The notes under the pieces are model-generated. The model was not told the origin of the DNA and searched no databases. It saw only the letters and a program-made list of their open reading frames with translations. This document shows positions 24,434 to 32,764 of a DNA stretch of 64,000 nt, piece after piece (within the stretch, counting starts at the first letter, position 1; each line of letters opens with the position of its first letter). The translations under genes were made by a program, and so were the position numbers. Source of the DNA: Candidatus Omnitrophota bacterium (GTDB lineage: Bacteria; Omnitrophota; Omnitrophia; Omnitrophales; JACQLI01); contig JACPCP010000011.1 of the NCBI GenBank assembly GCA_016179745.1, positions 41 through 64,040 of the forward strand. Reading direction: 5' to 3'.

Positions 24434-25096
24434 TTGGATCCCCAGCAAATTTACCGAGAAGCCCTCGCCCTCTATCACGAAGGAAAGTCCCCGGACGCCG
24501 TCCAAAAGCTGGAGGCCCTTCTAAAAACTCATCCCGGCTTCGAAGAGGCCTACGAAGCGCTCAGCGTGATCTATTCCAAATCGAACCGCCTGGAGGACGC
24601 CGTGGAGACGGCCAAAAAATGGATCCGCTTGAATCCTTTGGCCCTGATGGCCCACACGAATCTCTCCCGCTTCTACCTCGAAAAGGGAATGATCGCCGAG
24701 GCCGAGCACGAGCAGGCGGAGGCCCGCCGGCTCTCCTGGGCGGAAGAGCTCAAGCAGAAAAAAATGAAGATGCCGAAGGCGGACCCTTTGGAGAAAATCG
24801 AACGGTTTAAAAAAGTGATTGCCCTGGACCCCAACGACGTCCTGGGCTACTACAGCCTGGGCGACGCCTACCTTGAAAATGGGAAGGCCCAAGAGGCGAT
24901 TGATTCCTTTTTAAAGGGGCTCGAAGTCGACCCCCAACACTCCTCTTCCTATTACGGACTGGGGCAGGCCTATCAAGCGGTGGGCGAAAAAGAAAAGGCC
25001 CGGGAGGTTTATCTCAAGGGAATTCAAGTGGCCGAGGCCAGAGGGGACGTGATGACTCAGAAGAAAATGGAGGCCCGTTTAAGGCAGCTCGACTAG
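24434..25096 (+). CDS. TPR repeat protein
   Basis: TPR-like repeats (YREALALYHEGKSPDAVQKLEALL, YYSLGDAYLENGKAQEAIDSFLKGLEVDP, YYGLGQAYQAVGEKEKA). The start is uncertain. The tracked ATG 24323 overlaps the DUF59 gene by 100 nt. TTG 24434 is the first in-frame start after its stop. Confidence 0.6.
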   Translation: MDPQQIYREALALYHEGKSPDAVQKLEALLKTHPGFEEAYEALSVIYSKSNRLEDAVETAKKWIRLNPLALMAHTNLSRFYLEKGMIAEAEHEQAEARRLSWAEELKQKKMKMPKADPLEKIERFKKVIALDPNDVLGYYSLGDAYLENGKAQEAIDSFLKGLEVDPQHSSSYYGLGQAYQAVGEKEKAREVYLKGIQVAEARGDVMTQKKMEARLRQLD

Positions 25097-25142
25097 GGGA
25101 CAGGCAAAAAGAAGCGATAATCTGCTTTTTTGCCTGTCCCCT
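25095..25142. terminator. bidirectional hairpin terminator between convergent genes
   Basis: AGGGGACAGGCAAAAAG - 13-nt loop - CTTTTTTGCCTGTCCCCT. The stem is about 17 bp with one extra A. A/T runs border the loop, giving a U-tract for either direction. It sits exactly between the TPR stop (25096) and the helicase stop (25141). Confidence 0.7.
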
Positions 25143-27144
25143 ATGAGTCGTAGTCGATCCGGATTTCCTCGCTCGAACTTTCCTTCTCCAACTCGATCTC
25201 CGGGGCGCCGAACGGGCTCCGAAATTCCATCAACTCCGGCGGAATCTCCGATAAAAATCGGGACGGGAGATTCCGGGCCTGGCGGCCGTAGAGCCGGCGG
25301 GAAATTGCATAAGAGAGATAGAGTTTCTCCTGCGTGCGCGTGATTCCTACATAACAAAGCCGGCGCTCCTCCTCCATCTCCTCCGCCCCCCCGCCCATTG
25401 AGTTGGCGTGAGGAAAAAGCCCGGCCTCCATTCCCACCATAAAGACAAGCGGGAACTCAAGCCCCTTGGCCGAGTGAAGCGTCATCAGGGTCAGGCAATT
25501 CGCACCGGCGTCCCAGGTGTCGATGTCCGTGAGAAGGCTCAAGGACTCCAGAAACTCCCCGAGCCCAGGGTTCTCGGCATTTTCCTCATACTCATCAATC
25601 ACGCTGAAGAATTCCTCGATATTTTCAATCCGGGCCGCCGCCTCGATCGTCCGCTCCTGAGCCAGGAGCTCGACGTAGCCGGTCCTCTCAATGATTTTTT
25701 CCAGGAGGCTCCGCACCGAAACTTTGCCCTTCAATTTTCTAAGCTCCGCCAAAAGCTTCAGGAAGCCTTCGATTCCCTTCACGGCCTTGGCCCCGAGCTC
25801 CGGAACTTTTCCGGCTTGGGCGAGCGCCTCGACAAATGAGATTTGATTTTGCCGGCCGTGGGCCTCGATGAATTCGACCGCCCGTTTCCCGATTCCCCGT
25901 GTTGGGACATTGAGGACCCGCTTCAAACTGATTTCATCCTTCGGCTGGACCACGAGCCTCAGATAGGCCATTAGGTCTTTGATTTCCCTCCGGTCGTAAA
26001 ACCGGATCCCGCCTACGATCTTATAGGGGATCTTGGCCCGGCGGCAGGCGTCCTCCAGGACCCTCGACTGGGCGTGCACCCGGTAAAAGACCACCATTTC
26101 ATTGAAGGTCCGGCCCTGGTTTTTGAAATTGAGAATTTCCGTGACGACAAAATTTCCCTCGTCCTTCTCGTCCTCGGCCTCATAAAGCGTGATCTTCCCG
26201 CCCACGCCCTTCTCCCCCCAAAGGAGCTTCGGCTTGCGGAATTCGTTGTGCCGGATCAACTCGTTGGCGGCGTCCAGGATCGTGGCCGGGGAACGGTAGT
26301 TTTGCTCCATTTTGATCACGCCCGCCTCCGGGTAATCCTTTTCAAAGTTCAAAATGTTTTTGATGTCGGCCCCCCGCCAGGCGTAGATCGACTGGTCCGG
26401 GTCGCCCACCACGGTGATCTGGCGGTGCCGGGAGGCGAGGAGTTTCACAAATCGGTATTGGGCGTGATTGGTGTCCTGGTATTCGTCGATCAAGACGTGG
26501 CGGAGCCGGTCCTGCCAGCCTTCCAGGATTTTGGGGTGCCGGTCAAAAAGGAAAACGGTTTTGAGGATCAAATCGCCGAAATCAAGCGCCCCCAGTTCCC
26601 GCATCCTTTGTTCGTAGCGCTCGTAAACTTTTCCGACCGTCTCCTCGTAATCGTCCACCGCCTTCTCAATCACCTGGAGGGGGCTCAGCAAATAATCCTT
26701 GGCCCGTTGAATCATTTCACGGGCGCCCTTGGGGTGGACCCGGCGCTCGGGGAGGTTCATTTGCTTGAGGCAATCCTTGATCAGGGCGAGCTGGTCCTGA
26801 TCGTCATAAATCAAAAAATCCCTCGGAAGCTCCAGAGCCGCCGCTTCCTCACGAAGGATTTTAAGACAGCCCGAGTGAAAGGTGCTGACCCAAACCTCGT
26901 GGCGGACCAGTTGCCTCACCCGGCGGCGCATTTCCTCGGCGGCCTTGTTGGTGAAGGTCACGCCGAGCACCTGGAAGGACGGCACACCCTGCAGCAGGAG
27001 ATAAGCGATTCTGCGAGTGAGGATCCGGGTCTTGCCGCTCCCGGCGCCGGCGAGGACGAGGAGCGGTTTTTCCGGCGGCCAGGTCACCGCCTGACGCTGC
27101 GCCTCGTTCAGGTCCTTCAGGATGTCCACTTCAGGAGAAGTCAT
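25141..27144 (-). CDS. uvrD: UvrD/PcrA-type ATP-dependent DNA helicase
   Basis: 667 aa. LNEAQRQAV, AGAGSGKTRILT (Walker A), VLIDEYQDTN and TLMTLHSAKGLEF motifs. Confidence 0.95.
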   Translation of the reverse strand: MTSPEVDILKDLNEAQRQAVTWPPEKPLLVLAGAGSGKTRILTRRIAYLLLQGVPSFQVLGVTFTNKAAEEMRRRVRQLVRHEVWVSTFHSGCLKILREEAAALELPRDFLIYDDQDQLALIKDCLKQMNLPERRVHPKGAREMIQRAKDYLLSPLQVIEKAVDDYEETVGKVYERYEQRMRELGALDFGDLILKTVFLFDRHPKILEGWQDRLRHVLIDEYQDTNHAQYRFVKLLASRHRQITVVGDPDQSIYAWRGADIKNILNFEKDYPEAGVIKMEQNYRSPATILDAANELIRHNEFRKPKLLWGEKGVGGKITLYEAEDEKDEGNFVVTEILNFKNQGRTFNEMVVFYRVHAQSRVLEDACRRAKIPYKIVGGIRFYDRREIKDLMAYLRLVVQPKDEISLKRVLNVPTRGIGKRAVEFIEAHGRQNQISFVEALAQAGKVPELGAKAVKGIEGFLKLLAELRKLKGKVSVRSLLEKIIERTGYVELLAQERTIEAAARIENIEEFFSVIDEYEENAENPGLGEFLESLSLLTDIDTWDAGANCLTLMTLHSAKGLEFPLVFMVGMEAGLFPHANSMGGGAEEMEEERRLCYVGITRTQEKLYLSYAISRRLYGRQARNLPSRFLSEIPPELMEFRSPFGAPEIELEKESSSEEIRIDYDS

Positions 27145-27512
27145 TCTTCTTTGATGACGTAGCGGAAGGCGTCGTTGAAGTCATAGACGTCTTTGAAGTC
27201 GTCGACGGAGTCTTCCTCGGTCTTTCGGAGGAGCTCGACCTCGATCAAAAGGAAGACGATCTTTCCAAAATCGAGCGTGCTTTTAATGCCCCAGTATTCC
27301 AGCACGGTGCGGGCCATCGGGCCGAATTGATCCAGGGCATAATCCCGGAGACCCTCGGCCAGCTCCCGGCCCGTGACGTGGCGGGGTTTCGGGAGACGGG
27401 CCACGGTGTAATGGAGGCCCGCCATCACAAAGGTATAGGCCTCAAATTTGTAGGCGGGTTCCCGGGACAGGATGGCTTCAATTCTTTTTAACATCCGCTC
27501 AATTTCTTCCAT
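27141..27512 (-). CDS. conserved hypothetical protein (resembles the Minf_1886/TIGR04138-type family, from memory)
   Basis: The tracked ORF starts at TTG 27578 and would overlap the upstream AT-rich gene. ATG 27512-27510 (MEEIERMLKRIEAILSREPAYKFEAYTFV...) checked. Its stop overlaps the uvrD start by 4 nt. Confidence 0.55.
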   Translation of the reverse strand: MEEIERMLKRIEAILSREPAYKFEAYTFVMAGLHYTVARLPKPRHVTGRELAEGLRDYALDQFGPMARTVLEYWGIKSTLDFGKIVFLLIEVELLRKTEEDSVDDFKDVYDFNDAFRYVIKEE

Positions 27513-27556
27513 TTTTAGATTAGGGTAGTTCCAATTGCTATGTAGACCCGCCCTTT

Positions 27557-28903
27557 TTATCGGCTGTTCTGTCGCCAATGTTTCAGGCGAAAAATAACGT
27601 GGTTTATCGGCTCAAAAATACAAAACCCTGGCAACTCATCATCAAGATTTCCAAACCCAGAGGCGATGCCAATGACCTCATATCGCTTTCTTTTGTCAGA
27701 GAAATGCCACAGCGGACCACCGCTAACTCCACGTGCAATGTGACCATCAACTAGATATAAATGCTTATCCTTTTTGTTGAGAAGAGTAGATACTATGCCA
27801 TTGAAGACGGCCAAGTGAGGTTCTTTTGATAGAGCCTCAACCTTTCCTGAATAGCCAGCCCAGCCAACTGGACTACCAGGGCCCTCCAACTCTGCATCAT
27901 CTATCAAATTTACAAGTTTCTCGTCTCTCCTGATAAAAAAGCTCCCGTCACTTTTTTTTGCCGGCAAAACTATTATTCCGACATCATTATCATTATGTGT
28001 TTCGAGATGTGCATCCTCCCCTTTTCTACCCAATGTCTGAAATTCAATTTTTCTTCTCATCTTGGCATCATCGGAATATTGTTCCACCTTCCAGCTAATA
28101 ATCTTATCCTTCGGAATATCTAAGACATGCTTAGCTGTTGCTAGAACTAGTTTCCTCTGTTTTTCCAGGATTGCGACAGAGAAACCTGAAGCGGTCACCC
28201 GTTCATTGTCCCAATTCGCTTCTACCCTAAATACAAATTGTTCCATATAATCAAACGCGTTTTCAGATGCTGAACTTTTTCTGACGACCTCATTTTCCAT
28301 TTTTTCTGCTAGTCGTGACTTTTCGTAAAACTTTTTTGAGCTGATATTCTTTAGCTCGGCAGAAAAATGCTTGTTCACTACTGCTTTCTCTTCTTTGGTC
28401 GAGTTACTTAAATAAATTCGATCGCCTCGCTTTAGGAATTCTGGATACTTAAATGTGAAATAGTTAGACGTATCATATGTTTTTTTCGTAATAGGGTCCC
28501 CATAACGTATGGTGATCACATAATAAAATTTCATATTTTTGATTGTTAGTTCATCGTTTATTGCCCAAACGGTCTCACGGGTGGAGCCGGGGATAATTTC
28601 ATTTCCAATCGTTATCTCGCATATTTTTTCTTTTTCTTCAGTATCGATATTAAAACGAAAAACTGCCCCCTCCACATTAACAGCTGGCCGTTTTCCATAA
28701 TTATTCAGAGATGTGGCCAAATGAAATAAATTTTTTTCCTTATCATCGATAAAAAATGGTGTCTCCATAGATATAAAAGGTCGCTCATAAACAGCTTGAG
28801 TAGTGAAATTTTTGTAATTCAAAAAAACGCTTAGAGCAGCAAAAACAGATGAAACAACTGCTGCGACACCTAATACATTAATTTTATTTAAAACTGCGTC
28901 CAT
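27557..28903 (-). CDS. membrane-anchored trypsin-fold (S1/Trypsin_2-like) serine protease with an unassigned N-terminal domain
   Basis: Start set to ATG 28903-28901, preceded by AGGAGG with a 7-nt spacer. N-terminal TM helix (INVLGVAAVVSSVFAALSVFL). An unrecognised region of ~200 aa follows. The C-terminal domain carries a His (LATAKHVL), Asp (NDNDVGIIVL), Ser (ARGVSGGPLW) triad in S1 order. The gene is strongly AT-rich relative to both flanks. Confidence 0.75.
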   Translation of the reverse strand: MDAVLNKINVLGVAAVVSSVFAALSVFLNYKNFTTQAVYERPFISMETPFFIDDKEKNLFHLATSLNNYGKRPAVNVEGAVFRFNIDTEEKEKICEITIGNEIIPGSTRETVWAINDELTIKNMKFYYVITIRYGDPITKKTYDTSNYFTFKYPEFLKRGDRIYLSNSTKEEKAVVNKHFSAELKNISSKKFYEKSRLAEKMENEVVRKSSASENAFDYMEQFVFRVEANWDNERVTASGFSVAILEKQRKLVLATAKHVLDIPKDKIISWKVEQYSDDAKMRRKIEFQTLGRKGEDAHLETHNDNDVGIIVLPAKKSDGSFFIRRDEKLVNLIDDAELEGPGSPVGWAGYSGKVEALSKEPHLAVFNGIVSTLLNKKDKHLYLVDGHIARGVSGGPLWHFSDKRKRYEVIGIASGFGNLDDELPGFCIFEPINHVIFRLKHWRQNSR

Positions 28904-28917
28904 AAAGGTTCCTCCTG

Positions 28918-29550
28918 TCAAAGTCTTAGAAAAGTGGAAGTTGTGTGCAAATCCACATCAACCTTTTTTTTAAAAATTTCCAGAAATGCATCACGGAGGC
29001 GGTCAAAAGTGAGACCGGCCACCAGCTGCACCGAACCCTGGTGCAGAAATGCCTGCTTTTTCCGCCTTTGGGCGGCGCCAGCAATTTTTTTTCCTTCGTA
29101 AACTAAATCGGTCGGCACGGGTTCCTTGAAGCAATCGCCGATCAAACGGCGGGAATTCTTTTTGAACTCAGGGTGGTCACAGCGCACGAGTTCGGTCTCG
29201 ACGCCCAGATTCCGGAAGGCCTCTTGAACGGCTTCGTGAAAGGAAAGGTAACTGGTCCGGACCTGCCGAAACGTAGGAAAGGTGTCCGGCCGGGCCACAA
29301 CACTATAGATCAGGTCGTCCCCGTGACTCACCCTGCCGCCGCCGGTGGGTCTCACAGTGACACCTTCGCCTTTTTTCCAGGCACGCCCCACGGTCACGCC
29401 CGGCTTCGAGACACGGTAGATTCGAAGCACGGGAAGGGCAGCCGGGTCGTGAAGGGCCTCTTCAAAGAGGGCCCGGTCAAACTCCATCTGGGAGACAATG
29501 TCACTCGGAGGAGATTCGATGAAACGCCAAACATTCAAGGTAGGGCACAC
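28918..29550 (-). CDS. lipoate/octanoate-protein ligase family protein (BPL_LplA_LipB domain)
   Basis: 210 aa. LRIYRVSKPGVTVGR, RPTGGGRVSHGDDLIYS and KKIAGAAQRR (catalytic Lys region). Directly downstream of the gcv operon. The exact start is uncertain (GTG 29550 or TTG 29538), and both lie inside a palindrome. Confidence 0.8.
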   Translation of the reverse strand: MCPTLNVWRFIESPPSDIVSQMEFDRALFEEALHDPAALPVLRIYRVSKPGVTVGRAWKKGEGVTVRPTGGGRVSHGDDLIYSVVARPDTFPTFRQVRTSYLSFHEAVQEAFRNLGVETELVRCDHPEFKKNSRRLIGDCFKEPVPTDLVYEGKKIAGAAQRRKKQAFLHQGSVQLVAGLTFDRLRDAFLEIFKKKVDVDLHTTSTFLRL

Positions 29551-29568
29551 TTAAGTGTGCCCTACCTT
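29537..29568. repeat. perfect 32-bp palindrome at the gcvPB / lipoyl-ligase junction
   Basis: AAGGTAGGGCACAC TTAA GTGTGCCCTACCTT. Arms verified base by base. It contains the gcvPB stop (29551-29553) and both candidate start codons of the next gene. Confidence 0.9.
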
Positions 29569-31047
29569 CTCTAAGACAAATAAATCGCAGTCCCGGAAGG
29601 TCAGGATCGGCTTCCGGGCGGCCAGCACCTCGTCGGGCCTTTCAATCGGAAGCAAGTGCGGCGCCGTTTTTACAATTTCCGGATTGGTATCAATCTCGTC
29701 CTTGATTTTTTGAAAGGCCTCCACGAACCGGTCCAGGGTTTCCTTGCTTTCGCTTTCGGTCGGCTCAATCATCAGGGCCTCCGGCACCACCAGGGGAAAG
29801 TGGACCGTCGGGGCGTGAAACCCGTAATCGAGAAGCCGCTTGCCGATATCCAGGGCGTGGACCCCTTTTCCTTCTCCCGTTTTGGCCGACAGCACAAACT
29901 CGTGCATACAGGGCTCGTCCACGGCCACGGGGAAAAGTTTCTTGAGGCGTTCCTTGAGGTAATTGGCATTCAAAATGGCGTCCTCGCTGACTTGCTTCAA
30001 GCCGGAGCGGCCGAGGGTGCGGATATAAACGTAGGCCCTCAGAATCATCCCTGCCTGGCCGTGAAATAATTTGAGGCGTCCAATCGATTGTTTCCGGTCG
30101 AGACTCAAAAAATACCGCTCCCCCGACTTTTCCACGAGGGGCACCGGCAGAAAGGGCGCCAGTTTCTCCTTCACTCCCACCGGGCCCGACCCCGGCCCGC
30201 CGCCGCCGTGCGGGGTGGAAAAGGTCTTGTGGAGGTTCAGGTGAACCACGTCAAAGCCCATATCCCCCGGCCGGACAATTCCGAGGAGCGCATTAAAATT
30301 GGCGCCGTCGTAGTAAAGGAGGGCGCCGGCCTTGTGAACGGCGTCCGTAATTTTCAGAATCTCATCCTCAAAAAGGCCCAGCGTGTTGGGGTTGGTCAGC
30401 ATCAAACAGGCCGTCTGGCGGTCCACTTTCTCACGAAGCGATTCCAGATCGACCCGGCCCCTCACGTTGGATTTGATCTCGACCACCTCGTAACCCAAGA
30501 GCGCCGCCGTGGCGGGGTTCGTGCCGTGGCTGGAGTCGGGGACCAAAACCTTGCGGCGGCCGGCCTCGCCCCGGGAGGCGTGGTAGGCCTTGACCATCAT
30601 CAAGCCCGTCAGCTCTCCCTGCGCCCCGGCGGCCGGCTCGAGGGTGAACCGGTCCATTCCCGTAATGGCCTTGAGCGACTGCTCCAATTCGTAGAAAATT
30701 CGAAGCCAGCCCTGGGCGGTCTCTTCAGGCTGAAGCGGGTGCACGGCGGAGAAACTCTCCAGCGCTGCCGCCCATTCGTTCACCTTCGGGTTGTATTTCA
30801 TCGAGCAGCTCCCGAGCGGATAAAAATGGGTATCGATCGAAAAATTCTTCCGGGAGAGATTCACAAAGTGACGGACGACCTCGGGCTCGGAAAGCTCGGG
30901 CAGGGCCGGCGCACTTTTTCTACGCAAAGACCCGGGCAAACCGTCCCGTCCGGCCGGGGCGGCAAACCGGTCTTTCGGAAGCTCGCAACCCGTGCGGCCC
31001 GGCCGGCTTTTTTCGAAACTGAGCTCGGACGAGGGGTCGATCAGCAT
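29551..31047 (-). CDS. gcvPB: glycine dehydrogenase (decarboxylating) subunit 2
   Basis: Start re-set to ATG 31047-31045 (MLIDPSSELSFEKSRPGR...). NLHKTFSTPHGGGGPG motif (PLP lysine). Confidence 0.95.
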   Translation of the reverse strand: MLIDPSSELSFEKSRPGRTGCELPKDRFAAPAGRDGLPGSLRRKSAPALPELSEPEVVRHFVNLSRKNFSIDTHFYPLGSCSMKYNPKVNEWAAALESFSAVHPLQPEETAQGWLRIFYELEQSLKAITGMDRFTLEPAAGAQGELTGLMMVKAYHASRGEAGRRKVLVPDSSHGTNPATAALLGYEVVEIKSNVRGRVDLESLREKVDRQTACLMLTNPNTLGLFEDEILKITDAVHKAGALLYYDGANFNALLGIVRPGDMGFDVVHLNLHKTFSTPHGGGGPGSGPVGVKEKLAPFLPVPLVEKSGERYFLSLDRKQSIGRLKLFHGQAGMILRAYVYIRTLGRSGLKQVSEDAILNANYLKERLKKLFPVAVDEPCMHEFVLSAKTGEGKGVHALDIGKRLLDYGFHAPTVHFPLVVPEALMIEPTESESKETLDRFVEAFQKIKDEIDTNPEIVKTAPHLLPIERPDEVLAARKPILTFRDCDLFVLEKVGHT

Positions 31048-32378
31048 TCCGAAAGCCCCCTGACAAAGCGGTCGAGATCGGCCTTCGATTTTGTCTCGGT
31101 GGCGCAAACAAGGAAGGCTGATTTCATTTCCGGATAAAACCTTGAAAGGCCGGCGCCGGGAAGGATCCCTTGAGCCAGCAGGCGGGACTCAATTTCAGAA
31201 AACGGCTTCTCCGAATTCACGACAAACTCATTGAAGACAGGGACGCTTTGATCGACCTTGAACCCTTTCAAGCGGCTGATCGCTTCCCTCAGATACCGGG
31301 CCCGGTCCAAGTTAAGTTCCCCGATTTCCGAAATCCCCTTTTTGCCGACGAGCGTCAGATAAATCGAGGCGGCGAGCGCACACAGGCCTTCGTTCGTGCA
31401 AATGTTGGAGGCGGCCCGCTCCCTGCGAATATGCTGTTCCCGGGCTTGGAGCGTCAGAACAAAGGCCCTTCGGCCTTGACGGTCCTTCGTCATTCCCACG
31501 AGGCGGCCCGGAATTCTTCGCACCAATTCCTTTGTGGCGGAGAAAAAACCCAAATACGGCCCGCCAAAATTCATCGGAAGCCCCAGGACCTGCCCCTCGC
31601 CCACGGCCAGGTCCGCCCCCCACTCGCCCGGCGCCCGGAGCACGCCGAGGCTCAAAGGGTTGCTCACAATAATAAGGAGCGCCCCCACGGCGTGGACTTT
31701 CTCCGCCACGTCTTCCAAATCTTCCACCACCCCCAAAAAATTCGGCGTCTGGAAAATGACGGCGCCGACTTCTCCGGTCAAAAGTTTCTTAAACTCCTCT
31801 CTTTGGAAGCGACCGTCCTTTTCAAATCCGAATTCCTCCACGGCCGAATCCGCTGCCTCCAGATAAGTGCGAAGCACTCCCCGGTAATGCGGGTGGACGG
31901 ACCGGGCGACCAGCACTTTCCGCCTTTCCGTGTGGCGGAGGCCGGCGAGGGCAGCCTCGGCCAGACTCGTCCCGCCGTCATAATGGGAGGCATTCGCCAC
32001 CGGAAGGGCCGTCAATTCAGAAATGAGGCTCTGATATTCGAAAATGGCCTGCAGGGTCCCCTGCGAGGCCTCGGGCTGATACGGCGTGTAGGCGGTGTAA
32101 AATTCATTCCGGGCGAGGAGTTGGGGCAGGGCGGCAGGAATGAAGTGTTCGTAGCTGCCGGCGCCGAGGAAAGAAAGGATTTGCTTCGTATTCCGGTTGG
32201 CCCGTCCGATTTCCTCAAGCTCCCGGCAGAGTTCGAGTTCGCTTGCGGTCTCCGGGATTGAAAGGTCCCGCACTCGAACGGCGTCCGGGACCGCCTGCAA
32301 AAGGTCTTCAAACCGCCGGGCCCCGAGGGTCCGGAGCATTTCCCGGCGGTCTTCTTCGGTCAGTGGGTGGTAATGCAC
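31041..32378 (-). CDS. gcvPA: glycine dehydrogenase (decarboxylating) subunit 1
   Basis: N-terminus HYHPLTEEDRREMLRTLG if GTG 32378-32376 is used. The tracked start 32417 overlaps gcvH by 58 nt. YTPYQPEASQGTLQAIFEYQ motif. Confidence 0.93.
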   Translation of the reverse strand: MHYHPLTEEDRREMLRTLGARRFEDLLQAVPDAVRVRDLSIPETASELELCRELEEIGRANRNTKQILSFLGAGSYEHFIPAALPQLLARNEFYTAYTPYQPEASQGTLQAIFEYQSLISELTALPVANASHYDGGTSLAEAALAGLRHTERRKVLVARSVHPHYRGVLRTYLEAADSAVEEFGFEKDGRFQREEFKKLLTGEVGAVIFQTPNFLGVVEDLEDVAEKVHAVGALLIIVSNPLSLGVLRAPGEWGADLAVGEGQVLGLPMNFGGPYLGFFSATKELVRRIPGRLVGMTKDRQGRRAFVLTLQAREQHIRRERAASNICTNEGLCALAASIYLTLVGKKGISEIGELNLDRARYLREAISRLKGFKVDQSVPVFNEFVVNSEKPFSEIESRLLAQGILPGAGLSRFYPEMKSAFLVCATETKSKADLDRFVRGLSEC

Positions 32379-32746
32379 TGGGACTGGTATTCGGAGGCGC
32401 CGAGGAGGGAGTCCCACTCGGACGGGTCTTTCAAATCGATTTCCAGGAGCCAGCCGTCGCCGTAAGGGTCCCGGTTGACGAGGGCGGGCTCCGACTCGAG
32501 GGCCTGATTGACGGCGGTGACGGGCCCGGAGACCGGGGCGTAAATATCGAAGGCGGCCTTGACCGACTCAACCACCGTCAATCCCTTTCCCTTCACGGCC
32601 TCTCTCCCCGGCTTCGGCAGCTCCACATAAACCACATCAGAAATCTCCTGCTGGGCGTAACAGGTGATCCCGACCCGCACCCGGTTTCCCTCCCGGCGGG
32701 CCCATTCGTGCGTTGGCGTGTATTTCAGTTCCTCCGGAAATTCCAT
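32360..32746 (-). CDS. gcvH: glycine cleavage system H protein
   Basis: 128 aa. YTPTHEWAR... and VESVKAAFDIYAPVSG (lipoyl-lysine motif). Confidence 0.97.
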   Translation of the reverse strand: MEFPEELKYTPTHEWARREGNRVRVGITCYAQQEISDVVYVELPKPGREAVKGKGLTVVESVKAAFDIYAPVSGPVTAVNQALESEPALVNRDPYGDGWLLEIDLKDPSEWDSLLGASEYQSQCITTH

Positions 32747-32764
32747 TGAAGAGTTCCTTTGCTG

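Noticed and set aside
27141-28903. The idea that uvrD, the small conserved gene and the AT-rich protease form one helicase-protease system.
   Set aside because: Only the protease gene has foreign composition. The small gene and uvrD have host-like GC and are coupled to each other by a 4-nt overlap. The protease is separated from them by a 44-nt gap. The adjacency is therefore more likely incidental, although homolog neighbourhoods could revisit this.
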